A DNA stretch of 64,000 nucleotides from Rhodopila sp. (GCA_036263955.1 DATARX010000176.1:4582-68581), one strand, 5' to 3'; counted from the stretch's first letter, positions 1 to 9,765 are shown. The notes: generated by a model from the letters alone, not told the origin. Translations and numbers: made by a program.

Positions 1-456
1 GGTGCCGCAGTGGATCAGCACCGGCGCACCGAGCGACTGCAGCAGCTCCCAGATCGGGTAGAATTGCTTGTCGTTGGGGGAGAAGCCCTGCACCGGCGGT
101 TGATACTTCACACCCATCAGGCCGAGGTCCTTGATCGCGTGTTCGATCTCCTCCAGGCCCTTGCGGCCGCGCCAGGGGTCGACCATCGCCCAGCCAGGCA
201 GGAACACGTCCGGGTAGTCGCGGGTCAGCGCGGCGAGGGCTTCATTGGCATAGACCCCGCCGGCGGCGCCGTGTTCGGCGTCCCAGGCAATGGGGATGGC
301 CAGGGCGTCGTCGCGGCGGAAATCGTCCGCGATCTGGCTGTCCGGGCGCGCTTCGAACTTGCCTTTGAACATGCGCTGGGCCGCCGGCATGAACGGCATG
401 CTGGCCTCGACATAGGCCTGGTTCATTGGATGGACGTGCACGTCTATGGCGCGCAT
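1..456 (-). CDS. Amidohydrolase_2 family metal-dependent hydrolase (partial, runs off the left edge)
   Basis: Not in the ORF track; read manually from ATG at 456, preceded by AGGAGG. Translation MRAIDVHVHPM...GLMGVKYQPPVQGFSPNDKQFYPIWE...PVLIHCGT has the DxHxH metal motif and the 'P+++H.G' motif. Overlaps the stop of the upstream CobW-type gene. Confidence 0.85.
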   Translation of the reverse strand, partial: MRAIDVHVHPMNQAYVEASMPFMPAAQRMFKGKFEARPDSQIADDFRRDDALAIPIAWDAEHGAAGGVYANEALAALTRDYPDVFLPGWAMVDPWRGRKGLEEIEHAIKDLGLMGVKYQPPVQGFSPNDKQFYPIWELLQSLGAPVLIHCGT

Positions 457-1502
457 GGCGATTCCTCCTGGTTAGTGGCGGCCATTCCGGGCAGTGCCTC
501 CGCCCAGCTTTCTCGCGCGGCAGCGATAGTGGCATGATCGCCGATCAGAACAAGTCGGGACAGGCGTTCGCCGGCCGGCCACGCTTCGAGCTCGACCGGC
601 GCGTCCATGACGTGGTGCACGCCCTGGACGACCACCGGGCCATCGACACCATCGATCGCCAGCATGGCCTTGACCCGCAACAGCTGGTCCGCGTGGGTCA
701 GCCGGATACCGCGGAGCCATTCGTCGAAGCGGCGCCAGTGCAGCTTGCCGCCGGCGACCAATGACACCGATTGGTGGCGGGCGGCGTGATCGGGGTCGAC
801 ACGTTCGCCGAACAGGCCGGATCGGGATGGCGCCGCAGCCGCCGACGCCGGGTCGAAAAAGACGGCCGGAAACAGCGAGGCAGCGTCGATCGCGCCATGC
901 GACGCGACCAGGATCGGCGCGGCCGGGTTGTGATCGCGCAGATCGGCCCGGAGCCGATCGATGGCCTCGGCGGGGACGAGGTCGGGCTTCGTCAGCACCA
1001 GGCGATCGGCCAGCGCGACTTGCTTGCGGGTCTCCGGATGCCGCGCCAACTGGCTGGCGGCGAACAGCGCGTCCACGGTGGTGACGATGCAGTCCAGGCG
1101 GAACACGCGCGACATCACCGGGTTGCGGAGGATGGCCTGGACGATCGGCGCGGGGTCCGCCAGGCCGGAGGGTTCGATCAGCAGGCGGTCGAACCGCGGG
1201 ACCTGACCACCCTCGCGCCGACTGAACAGGCGCATGACCGCGTCTTCCATATCGCCGGCCAGATTGCAGCACAGGCAACCATTGGCCATCACCACGGTCT
1301 TGTCGGCGCCATGGTCGATCAGGTCGCGGTCGAGCGGTATTTCGCCGAATTCGTTGACGGCGACGGCCGTGCCGGCCATGCGACTGTCCGTCAGCAGGGC
1401 ATTGACCAGTGTGGTCTTGCCGCTGCCGAGGAAACCACTGAGCAGTGCAACCGGCACGCGGCGTCGGTCGGTTTGCTCGGATAGGAAGGCAAAGCGGTTC
1501 AC
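444..1502 (-). CDS. CobW/COG0523 family GTPase metallochaperone
   Basis: GFLGSGKTT Walker A, NEFGE, GCLCC (CxCC), IEPSG, TKPD, and the C-terminal LLRVK...VQGVH CobW_C pattern. Confidence 0.92.
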   Translation of the reverse strand: MNRFAFLSEQTDRRRVPVALLSGFLGSGKTTLVNALLTDSRMAGTAVAVNEFGEIPLDRDLIDHGADKTVVMANGCLCCNLAGDMEDAVMRLFSRREGGQVPRFDRLLIEPSGLADPAPIVQAILRNPVMSRVFRLDCIVTTVDALFAASQLARHPETRKQVALADRLVLTKPDLVPAEAIDRLRADLRDHNPAAPILVASHGAIDAASLFPAVFFDPASAAAAPSRSGLFGERVDPDHAARHQSVSLVAGGKLHWRRFDEWLRGIRLTHADQLLRVKAMLAIDGVDGPVVVQGVHHVMDAPVELEAWPAGERLSRLVLIGDHATIAAARESWAEALPGMAATNQEESPCAP

Positions 1503-2938
1503 ATCTTCTCCTGCAGGAAGCGGTCAACCAGGCGGTCGGCTTCGGTACGGTCCGCCCGCATCTGGACGTTCTGGCGGTTCCGGGCGCCGGAGGTGAGGTA
1601 GAACCGCTCGTATTGCTCATTACGGCTGGCCAGGGCGCTGCCGGCGAAATCCCAGCCGAGACGGAAGATGCGAGCGCGGTCGAGCGCGGTGGTATCGCCG
1701 GCCCCACGCAGGTATTTGTCGATCAGGGGGCGCAGATCAGGGTCTGCGAACGCCTCGGCCGCGGGCGTCGCCAGCACGTTGTGCGAACCGATCAGCCGAA
1801 TGATCTCATTCACCCGCGGGAACCAGTACGGCAAGGACATCCGCAGAGCATCCATTGGCCTTCCGTCGAGAAACCAGGCGCCGTTACCATGGTGATATGC
1901 GCCCTCCTCGCCCGCCCGCACCGCCGCACGGGTCAACTCCGCATATCCCCAGATCTCACCCAGCATTTGCAAGGTCGAAGGGTCTGCGGCGCCGATGGCG
2001 TCCGCCATGCGGCAGGCGATGCCCCAGGCGAATTCCAGCTTGGTCCAGGCGCGGATCATGGTCTGGTGCATGGCATTGGCGCGCCAGCTTGCCGACATGA
2101 CGGTGTTGTAGACATGTAGGTTGCCGTCGATGAAGACGCGGTGTCGCGGCACCTCCACGTTGTCGAAGATGACGAACGCGTCCTGTTCGTCGAAGCGGCC
2201 GGACAGCGGGTGGTCGAACCGGTTGTCCGGCAGCGAGACACTGTCGCGGCAGATGAATTTCAGGCCCGGCGTGTCCACCGGGATGCAGAACGACAGCGCG
2301 TGGCGGCGGCTGGCGTCGGGCATCGGTTGGCTGGGATAGACCGCGATTTCATCGGAAAATGGCGCCAGGGTCGCCAACACCCGAGCGCCGCGCACCAGAA
2401 TGCCGTGCTCGGTTTTTTCTACTGTGTGCAACTGGGTTTCGTCGAAACCGGTGGGGACGTGACCCTTCGACTTATCCGTCGTGGCATGAATCAGGGTGTG
2501 GGTCAGACTCAGGTCTTTACGCGCCAGTTCCTTCTGGAAGGCGACAAGGTTGGCGGCGCCCTCTTCGTTACCGTTGGCGCCCCACTCGTCGCTGCGACCG
2601 GCGAAGCCCGCGTAGGTGACATTCATGTAGTCCGGGGTGCGGCCCATCAACCCAACCGAATACTCCGCGACGCGGCGCAGCGCTCTGTGGCGGTGCAACA
2701 AGTCTTCCTTGGAATGCGGAATCATATGGCTGACGGCGATGGTTTCCCCGGTTTCCGGGTCCGGCACCAGGCAGTCGTCGGGGTGTTCGTAGTGCAGGTC
2801 ATAGACCGCGGCGATCGATTCGGCAGCGCCGCGCAGCGCCGGATGTTCCATCGGGTCCTTCACACGCTGGCCACCGAGCCAGACTTCCCGCCGATCGCGC
2901 AGGCCGTGGAGAAATTGAGCGCCGGTCCGTGCTGGCAT
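1499..2938 (-). CDS. 4-hydroxyphenylacetate 3-hydroxylase family (HpaB-like) flavin-dependent monooxygenase, oxygenase component
   Basis: MGRTPDYMN, RFDEQDA and YERFY motifs; 479 aa. Confidence 0.88.
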   Translation of the reverse strand: MPARTGAQFLHGLRDRREVWLGGQRVKDPMEHPALRGAAESIAAVYDLHYEHPDDCLVPDPETGETIAVSHMIPHSKEDLLHRHRALRRVAEYSVGLMGRTPDYMNVTYAGFAGRSDEWGANGNEEGAANLVAFQKELARKDLSLTHTLIHATTDKSKGHVPTGFDETQLHTVEKTEHGILVRGARVLATLAPFSDEIAVYPSQPMPDASRRHALSFCIPVDTPGLKFICRDSVSLPDNRFDHPLSGRFDEQDAFVIFDNVEVPRHRVFIDGNLHVYNTVMSASWRANAMHQTMIRAWTKLEFAWGIACRMADAIGAADPSTLQMLGEIWGYAELTRAAVRAGEEGAYHHGNGAWFLDGRPMDALRMSLPYWFPRVNEIIRLIGSHNVLATPAAEAFADPDLRPLIDKYLRGAGDTTALDRARIFRLGWDFAGSALASRNEQYERFYLTSGARNRQNVQMRADRTEADRLVDRFLQEKM

Positions 2939-3186
2939 TGGTCGTTTCCTCTTGTATTGCCCCGATGGGGTTGGCTTTGCGCTGGGTCAGCGATGGCGGA
3001 GCGCCGTTTATAGACGGTCGCCGGGCGGGCATCCATTGCAGGCGGCATCCCCAACCCGCCGCACGCGGTCGTGACTGCTCAAAGGAACCGGATCAGGCAC
3101 AGTCAATCGACCGCCTGATGCGGCCAGGATCGGCGGCGCAAAGTAAACGGCCGTGTAACGGCAGCCTTGAACGACGGGGGCCTCCT

Positions 3187-4071
3187 GTGGCTGATCCTGA
3201 AATCGACATCATTCGCGACATCCTGCACTCACAGCCGCGCCCGGCCGAACTGCAGGAGCGCCGCCAACGCCTGGACGCGCTGGGCGCCCGCTATAAGGTG
3301 GCGCCGGACGCAAAGGTGCAGGCGGTCGATGCGAATGGCGTGGCGGCCGAATGGACGACGGTGCCGGGCGCCGACCCGACGCGCGTCATCATGTTCCTGC
3401 ATGGGGGCGGCTACATCTCGGGGTCGATCGCCAGCCACCGGCATATGATCGCCGAGGCCGGGCGGCAGGCGGGCGCGCGGACCTTCGCGGTCGGCTACAG
3501 GCTGGCGCCCGAACATCCGTTTCCGGCGGCGCTGGACGACGCGCTGACCGCCTATAAGTTCCTGTTGGCGTCGGGCTACGCACCGGGACAAATCGGGTTG
3601 GCCGGGGAAAGCGCCGGCGGCGGCCTGGCACTGGCAACCGCAATCTCCCTGCGTGACGCGGGTCTTCCGCTGCCGGCTTGTCTCTGGTGCAGTTCGCCGT
3701 GGGTCGATCTGGAAATGAGCGGCGCCACCATGACCACCAAGGCGGCCGTCGACCCGCTGGTCCAGAAATCCTATCTGCAGGAACTCGCTGCGTCCTATCT
3801 GGCCGGAACCGATCCGCGCACTCCGCTGGTCTCGCCGATCCGTGCGGATCTGCGCGGATTGCCGCCCATGCTGGTCCAGGTCGGATCGGCCGAAACCTTG
3901 CTGGATGATTCGATCCGGCTGGCCGGGATAGCGGGGGCGGCGAATGTCCGGATCACGCTGGAGGTCTGGCCGGACATGATTCACGCTTGGCACCTGTTCT
4001 ACCAGCAAGTGGCCGCCGGGCGCCGGGCGCTGGCCGCGGTGGGGGCGTTCTTCCGTTCGACGCTGACATGA
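3187..4071 (+). CDS. Alpha/beta hydrolase (HSL-like esterase / lactone hydrolase)
   Basis: HGGG, YRLAPEHPFPA, GESAGG nucleophile elbow and MIHAW; GTG start at 3187 inferred. Confidence 0.9.
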   Translation: MADPEIDIIRDILHSQPRPAELQERRQRLDALGARYKVAPDAKVQAVDANGVAAEWTTVPGADPTRVIMFLHGGGYISGSIASHRHMIAEAGRQAGARTFAVGYRLAPEHPFPAALDDALTAYKFLLASGYAPGQIGLAGESAGGGLALATAISLRDAGLPLPACLWCSSPWVDLEMSGATMTTKAAVDPLVQKSYLQELAASYLAGTDPRTPLVSPIRADLRGLPPMLVQVGSAETLLDDSIRLAGIAGAANVRITLEVWPDMIHAWHLFYQQVAAGRRALAAVGAFFRSTLT

Positions 4072-5408
4072 TCGGGCGGGTGGATGCCCTGCTATGCGCG
4101 GCGTGCCTCGGCATGCTCGCGCTTGGCGCGAACGGCACGGCAATCATGGCCGCGCTGCCGACCATGCGGCGCGACCTGGCGTTGAACAGCGGGGACCTGG
4201 AATGGGCGATCAACGCCTACCTGGTCGTTTCGGCAGCGTGCATCATTCCCGGCGGGCGGCTTTCGGACCTGGTGGGCGCCCATCGTATCGCGCAGCTCGG
4301 TCTGCTGCTGTTCGCCGCCGCCTCGATCCTCAACGCGGTCGCGCTCACACCCGCGACGCTGTTGTTTGGACGCGCTTTCCAGGGCCTGGGCGCGGCGCTG
4401 GCCGTGCCGGGCACGCTGGCGGCGATCGGCACGGCAACCACCAACCGGGCAGCGAAGATCGGCGCGTGGGCCGGATTTCTCATGCTTGGCTTCAGCATTG
4501 GCCCGCTGATGGGTGGCACGCTGACGCATTACCTGGGCTGGCGCACGATCTTCTGGTGCACCGCGGTGGCGATGCTGGCCGCGGCGGGCATTTTCCTGGC
4601 GAGGCGCGACGCCGAACCGGCGCTTCAGACAGCGCGACTTGGCCGACTGGATTGGGCCGGCTTTGTCCTCGTCGCGGTGGTCATGACATCCCTGGTTGCG
4701 ACGCTGCAGGCAATTCCGTCCGCTCGCGAGGCCCCTGCCCGATTGCTGATCCGCGCCCTGATCGCCTGCGGCGCATTTCTGTTGCTTTGGCGGACAGAGC
4801 CTCACGAGCAGGCGCCTGTGCTTGATTGGCGGATGCTAAGCCGGCCGCCGTTTTGGCGGGCGCTGGCGGTCGGCTCCATCGCAATGTTCAGTATCCTGGC
4901 GCTGCTGCTTTACTTCAACCTGGACGCACAAAATCCGAAAGGGTTCGGATTCTCGGCGGTCAAAGCCGGTTTGTTCTTGCTGCCGCTGAGTGCCGGGCTG
5001 CTGCTGTTCGCGTTTCTGGGACCGGTCCTGATCCGGCGCGCCGGCCCGCGGACGGTGCTGACGGCGGCAATGGCGGTGATCGTGGTTGCCAGCGCCGGCC
5101 TGGCCGCCTGCGCCGCGGCCAGGGCGCTGATTCCGCTGGGCGTTGGCCTGTTTGCGATGGGGGCGGGTCTGGCACTGCCGTATGCGACCGCGCCGCGCAT
5201 GGCGCTGGCCGCGCTGCCGGCCGAACAGGCTGGGCAGGGTTCGGGGATCATCAACGCCTGCACCTTCCTGGGTGGCAGCGTGGGTGTCGCATGCGGCGCG
5301 ATCGTCTTCGGGTTTGGCGGATTGCCGGCGGTGCTGGGCATGATCGCGGTGGCGGCGCTGGCTGGCGCCTGGATCTGCCGCGGGTTGGCGACGGAGCCCC
5401 GAACCTGA
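4068..5408 (+). CDS. MFS transporter, DHA2/EmrB-like
   Basis: Many hydrophobic helices; GRLSDLVG motif A variant, GRAFQGLG, GPLMGG..LGWR; ATGA overlap with the upstream hydrolase. Confidence 0.88.
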   Translation: MIGRVDALLCAACLGMLALGANGTAIMAALPTMRRDLALNSGDLEWAINAYLVVSAACIIPGGRLSDLVGAHRIAQLGLLLFAAASILNAVALTPATLLFGRAFQGLGAALAVPGTLAAIGTATTNRAAKIGAWAGFLMLGFSIGPLMGGTLTHYLGWRTIFWCTAVAMLAAAGIFLARRDAEPALQTARLGRLDWAGFVLVAVVMTSLVATLQAIPSAREAPARLLIRALIACGAFLLLWRTEPHEQAPVLDWRMLSRPPFWRALAVGSIAMFSILALLLYFNLDAQNPKGFGFSAVKAGLFLLPLSAGLLLFAFLGPVLIRRAGPRTVLTAAMAVIVVASAGLAACAAARALIPLGVGLFAMGAGLALPYATAPRMALAALPAEQAGQGSGIINACTFLGGSVGVACGAIVFGFGGLPAVLGMIAVAALAGAWICRGLATEPRT

Positions 5409-5432
5409 CCCCTTTCCCCGGTCGGGCGATGC

Positions 5433-5540
5433 TTACCGCAGATCCCGCTCAGATTGCATACCTGAGCGGGTAAAGATGCTCGCTAAAACAATGTGCTAGA
5501 GCCGATTCGGCGAGCCAATGCGAACGGAAAAGGCTCTAGC
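5433..5540. repeat. Double-hairpin palindromic element (BRU-RS/RIME-like) between convergent genes
   Basis: Perfect inverted repeat CCCGCTCAG/CTGAGCGGG (5444-5470), a linker containing AAAACAA, then a second inverted repeat GCTAGAGCC/GGCTCTAGC (5495-5540). Confidence 0.6.
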
Positions 5541-5543
5541 CTG

Positions 5544-6101
5544 TCAGTGCAGGCCTTGGGCGATTGAAAGATTCTGGTTCGCGGCTCTTGAGGTCGCGAG
5601 ATTGGCTTCTCGCTCGTAGGGCAGATTTGACAGGATCTGCAGCGTTTGCGCCGGCGGCCGGGTGAACACCGGCGACGTCAGCACCTCCATCGCCGCCGGC
5701 TGGTTCCCGGTCTGCAAATTCCACGACAGGGCCAGCAGGGTGTTCACCACGACCTGCGGCGGCGCATCGGGACGGATGCCCACCGTGCCGCGGAGATCCT
5801 CCCGTGCCTGGTTCATATGCCCGGCAATAAGCGAGTCGAGGCCGATCCAGCGGGGGTTTTCGGACAATTCACCGGGCAAATACTCCAGCGCGACGATCGC
5901 CCTGGCGGCGCCGGCAGGATTGGATCGGGTATTGGCAGGCGAGGCGAACGCCCATGCCGCGTAATTGATCGCGCCGGTATCGTTGTCCAAATACGTGCCA
6001 AACACGCCCGGCGGCAGATACGGCGTGTTCTCCGTCGACGGCAAAGTCGCGCAACCGCCAAGACAACCGGCCAGAACCAGGACTGCGATGAAAGCGCGCA
6101 T
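5544..6101 (-). CDS. Hypothetical lipoprotein
   Basis: MRAFIAVLVLAGCLGGC signal peptide with a lipobox-like end; 185 aa. Confidence 0.7.
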   Translation of the reverse strand: MRAFIAVLVLAGCLGGCATLPSTENTPYLPPGVFGTYLDNDTGAINYAAWAFASPANTRSNPAGAARAIVALEYLPGELSENPRWIGLDSLIAGHMNQAREDLRGTVGIRPDAPPQVVVNTLLALSWNLQTGNQPAAMEVLTSPVFTRPPAQTLQILSNLPYEREANLATSRAANQNLSIAQGLH

Positions 6102-6157
6102 GAAGCTGTTCCCGAAGACGTTCGGGTAGAGATTGGCACGAATCTTTGCAGCACCAG

Positions 6158-6757
6158 TCAGACCGGAGGGCGTTCCGCGGCCGATGCCGAACGATTGACC
6201 GGCAGGATACTGTCGGCCGCCGCCTGCAGGAAGGACTGGGAGAGGTCCGGATCGTCGGCCAGGCGGGCCAGCACGACGGCGCCCACCATGGTGGACAGGG
6301 ATGCCAACGCAAGCTGACGCTTCCGCCCGGGCAGACAGCTTGCCAGCGCATCGAGCATGCCGCGCAAGGCACCGCCGATCGCTTCCCGCGATGTGGAGCG
6401 CCGAGCGACATCGGGACCAAGCGTCGTGAGCGGACAGCAATGGGCCGAGGCGACGCGATCAGGATCAAGATAGTAACGGACGATACGTTCCAGCGCGGCT
6501 TCGCGGTCAACCGTGCGGCTGATTTCCAGCCATTTGCTCGCGGCGTTCTCCAGCAGGGACTGGGAGACTTCGGCGGCCAAGGCCTCCTTGGATGGGAAGT
6601 GGAGGTAAAAGCCGCCATGCGTCAGGCCGGCCTCCTTCATCACCGCATCCACGCCCACGCCATCGACCCCGTGCTTCCGGAACAGATGTCCGGCGGCGGT
6701 CAGGATACGCTGGCGGGTTTCCGCCCTGCGGTGCGTTGCTTCGGCCATCGGTGACAT
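6158..6757 (-). CDS. TetR/AcrR family transcriptional regulator
   Basis: N-terminal HTH ...VMKEAGLTHGGFYLHFPSKEAL. Confidence 0.93.
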   Translation of the reverse strand: MSPMAEATHRRAETRQRILTAAGHLFRKHGVDGVGVDAVMKEAGLTHGGFYLHFPSKEALAAEVSQSLLENAASKWLEISRTVDREAALERIVRYYLDPDRVASAHCCPLTTLGPDVARRSTSREAIGGALRGMLDALASCLPGRKRQLALASLSTMVGAVVLARLADDPDLSQSFLQAAADSILPVNRSASAAERPPV

Positions 6758-6798
6758 TACCGCCTGTTCATGCTTCCGTAATAGGACTTGACTTCATT

Positions 6799-6812
6799 AT
6801 GACGATCGTCAT
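6799..6812. promoter_or_regulatory. Probable TetR operator (perfect 14-bp palindrome ATGACGATCGTCAT)
   Basis: Perfect palindrome flanked by TTCA/TGAA, just after a TTGACT -35-like hexamer (6788-6793), between the divergent tetR and MFS genes. Confidence 0.7.
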
Positions 6813-6841
6813 GCTGAATGCAAGAGTTCAGGAGTTTCGGC

Positions 6842-8122
6842 ATGGGACCGAATATGATCGCCCGCCTGGTCGCGGGGCGCCTGCATTATGCGTGGGTGGT
6901 CGTCGCTGTGATGTTCGTGGTCATCCTCGCGTCCGTTGGCGTGCGGGCCACCCCGGGCGTGTTGATTGTTCCGTTGCAGCAGGCGTTCGGCTGGAATGCG
7001 GCGGTGATTTCCGGCGCGGTGTCGCTGAACATCCTGCTGTTCGGGCTGGTCGGGCCGTTCGCCGCGGGCCTGATCCAGGTGATCGGGTTGAAGCGCACGG
7101 TGCTGTGCTCGATGATCCTGCTGGTGCTGGGTTCGGGTAGCAGCGCGTTCGTCAGCGAGATCTGGCAGTTGTACCTGACCTGGGGCGTGCTGGTCGGGCT
7201 TGGTTCCGGCGCGGGCATGGTCGGATTGGCAACGGCAATCGCCAACCGCTGGTTCGTGCATCGCCGCGGGCTGGTGGTCGGATTGCTGACCGCGAGCAAT
7301 GCCTCCGGCCAGTTGGTGTTCCTGCCGTTGCTGGCGAGCCTGGTGGTGTCGCACACCTGGCACATCGTGCCGCTGGTGGTGGCAGGGGTGATCCTGGCGC
7401 TGATGCCGGTGGTGATGCTGATGCTGCCGGAAAGCCCCGCGGCGATCGGGCTTGGGCCGTTCGGATCGAGCGAGGTGGGGGAACTGCCGCCGCGATCCGG
7501 CAATCCGTTCGTGATCGCGCTCGCCGGGCTGGCGCGTGGCGCCAAGTCGGTGGATTTCTGGCTGCTGTTCATCAGCTTCGCGGTTTGCGGGTTTTCCACC
7601 AACGGGCTGGTCGCGACGCATCTGATCCCGTTCTGCATGGATCACGGCATCCCCGAGGTCAGTGCCGCGAGCCTGCTGGCGGCGATGGGGGTATTCGACC
7701 TGGTCGGCACGACGCTGTCGGGCTGGCTGACCGATCGTTACGACTCGCGGGTTTTGTTGTTCTGGTATTACGGCCTGCGCGGCCTGTCGTTGGTGGTGCT
7801 GCCGTTCACCAACTTCGACGTCGTTAGCCTGGCGATTTTCGCAGCGTTCTACGGCCTGGACTGGGTGGCGACGGTGCCCCCGACCGTGACGCTGACAAAC
7901 GAGGTGTTCGGCAAGAAGGATGCGCCGGTGATCGTGTCGTGGATCGTGGCCGGGCACCAGATCGGCGGCGCGCTGGCGGCCTTGGGGGCCGGTGAGACGC
8001 GGTACCTGACCGGCAGCTACGTTCCCGCATTTCTGGCGAGCGGGATTGCCTGCCTGATGGCGGCCTTGCTGGTGTTGCGGATCGCGCGGGGCCGCACCGC
8101 CGTAGCGGTGCCGGCGCAGTAA
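6842..8122 (+). CDS. MFS transporter
   Basis: About 12 TM helices; ANRWFVHRRGLVVG and GWLTDRYD; start uncertain (6818/6842/6854). Confidence 0.9.
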   Translation: MGPNMIARLVAGRLHYAWVVVAVMFVVILASVGVRATPGVLIVPLQQAFGWNAAVISGAVSLNILLFGLVGPFAAGLIQVIGLKRTVLCSMILLVLGSGSSAFVSEIWQLYLTWGVLVGLGSGAGMVGLATAIANRWFVHRRGLVVGLLTASNASGQLVFLPLLASLVVSHTWHIVPLVVAGVILALMPVVMLMLPESPAAIGLGPFGSSEVGELPPRSGNPFVIALAGLARGAKSVDFWLLFISFAVCGFSTNGLVATHLIPFCMDHGIPEVSAASLLAAMGVFDLVGTTLSGWLTDRYDSRVLLFWYYGLRGLSLVVLPFTNFDVVSLAIFAAFYGLDWVATVPPTVTLTNEVFGKKDAPVIVSWIVAGHQIGGALAALGAGETRYLTGSYVPAFLASGIACLMAALLVLRIARGRTAVAVPAQ

Positions 8123-8132
8123 TGACAGGTTC

Positions 8133-8801
8133 CTACCCGATCGTCGCTCGCGCGAAGGCCTGGATGTAGTCCACCAGCGCGTCGGAACCGTGCCCGGCCG
8201 CGGCTTCGTCGCCGTCGCCGATGGCGCGGGCGATCGCGGCGTGCAGCCGGGCAGCGAGCGGCAGGTCGGCGGCTTGCTTGTAGTGCATGTACCAAAAGCG
8301 GCGGGACAGGCCGTTCATCAGGCTCATGGCCGCGGCAGCGAACTCATTGCCGGCGGCGTCCAGCACCAGCAGGTTGAATTCCCGGTCCAGGCGCATGAAC
8401 GCGATGTCGTCTTCGTGCCCCGCCGCATTGTCCATGCCCGCGGCGATCGCCCGGAACTGCGTGCGCTGGGCAGACGTCGCGCGTTTGGCGGCGGAGCGCG
8501 CCAAAAACCGCTCGACCTCCCGCCGCGCTTCCAGCAGCCGCAACTGGCGGACCGGGTCGATTTCGGACACCACGATCCCGCGCCGGGGGAGAATGACGAC
8601 CAGCCATTCGCGGGCCAGGCGCTGCAGCGCCTCGCGCACCGGCGTGCGACCGACACCCAGACGGCGGCTGAGGATCGCCTCGGATACCACCGAACCGGGT
8701 GGGATACGCAGGGTGACGATCTCCTCCTCGAGCGCGCGATACGCTTTGTCGGTCAACGTCTCGACGGGGAGGACCTCGTCATGGGTCGGCAGCGCGTCCA
8801 T
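8133..8801 (-). CDS. GntR family regulator (FCD domain)
   Basis: LGVGRTPVREALQRL HTH followed by an FCD-type C-terminus. Confidence 0.92.
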   Translation of the reverse strand: MDALPTHDEVLPVETLTDKAYRALEEEIVTLRIPPGSVVSEAILSRRLGVGRTPVREALQRLAREWLVVILPRRGIVVSEIDPVRQLRLLEARREVERFLARSAAKRATSAQRTQFRAIAAGMDNAAGHEDDIAFMRLDREFNLLVLDAAGNEFAAAAMSLMNGLSRRFWYMHYKQAADLPLAARLHAAIARAIGDGDEAAAGHGSDALVDYIQAFARATIG

Positions 8802-9008
8802 CTACAGATCGGCGAGCCGGATCCACACGCCGACCGCGACCGCCACCAAAAGCCCGGCGGCGATGGTCGGCAGGCTGGGTGGCCATTGGGTCAGTTGGCT
8901 GGCGCACAGGATCCACAGCACGAAGCAGCCGACGGCGATGACATAGCCCCCGACCAGGGAGGCGATGTTGCGCTTGCGCGGGGCGCGGTCGCGGATGGTG
9001 ATGGCCAT
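8802..9008 (-). CDS. Small two-TM membrane protein
   Basis: 68 aa with two hydrophobic segments; tightly packed between the hydroxylase and gntR, its stop abutting the gntR ATG. Confidence 0.65.
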   Translation of the reverse strand: MAITIRDRAPRKRNIASLVGGYVIAVGCFVLWILCASQLTQWPPSLPTIAAGLLVAVAVGVWIRLADL

Positions 9009-9012
9009 GGGT

Positions 9013-9765
9013 CTATTCCGCGGCGACCGGACGGGTTCGGCTGGCGCGAAGCTTCGGCAGGTCCTGCCTGACGAAACGCGTATCGTATCCGTTGAACAAG
9101 TGACCCAGCAGGCCGCGGTTCAGGTCGCTGGTGCCGAACAGCCAGTCGGCGAACGGATACGTCAGGTTCATGTTGCGGTTCATCATGATCGCGGTGTTGT
9201 GGTGGGCGATGTGATGCCGCCGGATGGTGTTGACGAACGGCAGATGGCGGAGGATCCGATCATCCGGGACGTGGCAGCACCAATGGAAGAACTCATAGTT
9301 CATGTACATGCCCGCTGCCGTGCACACGACGAACCAGCCGGCATTGGCGGACCAGAGTTGCCCGAGGACAGCGCCGCCGGCTGATGCCATGACGAGGAAG
9401 GCGATCCGGGCATAGGGTGGGAAGAAGACGATGCGATAGTCCTTGGTGGTGTCGTGGTACGGCGCTTCCTGGGTAAAGAACTGGTGATGCGCCAGCGTGT
9501 GGCGGTTGTAGATTCCCAGGAGGCCGGGACGCGGACGGTGCATGACCTGGGCATGCAGGAACCATTCGAAGATGTTGGCAAGAACCACGACCGCGGGGAT
9601 CACCGCGATTTCCGCCGCGGTGGCCGCGTGGATGTGCTGGGCGGCGTACCAAAGCGCGGAGCCGCCGATCAGGTAGATCAGGCCGACGTGGATCAAGCCG
9701 TGATAGGCTGGGGCGATCTGCGCGCGATAAGCCGCTCGGAATTCGGCCTGGCGGGGGGACATCAT
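9013..9765 (-). CDS. Fatty acid hydroxylase / sterol desaturase superfamily membrane di-iron enzyme
   Basis: His boxes HAQVMH, HTLAHH, HWCCH and HHIAHH, plus DWLFGT. Confidence 0.88.
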   Translation of the reverse strand: MMSPRQAEFRAAYRAQIAPAYHGLIHVGLIYLIGGSALWYAAQHIHAATAAEIAVIPAVVVLANIFEWFLHAQVMHRPRPGLLGIYNRHTLAHHQFFTQEAPYHDTTKDYRIVFFPPYARIAFLVMASAGGAVLGQLWSANAGWFVVCTAAGMYMNYEFFHWCCHVPDDRILRHLPFVNTIRRHHIAHHNTAIMMNRNMNLTYPFADWLFGTSDLNRGLLGHLFNGYDTRFVRQDLPKLRASRTRPVAAE

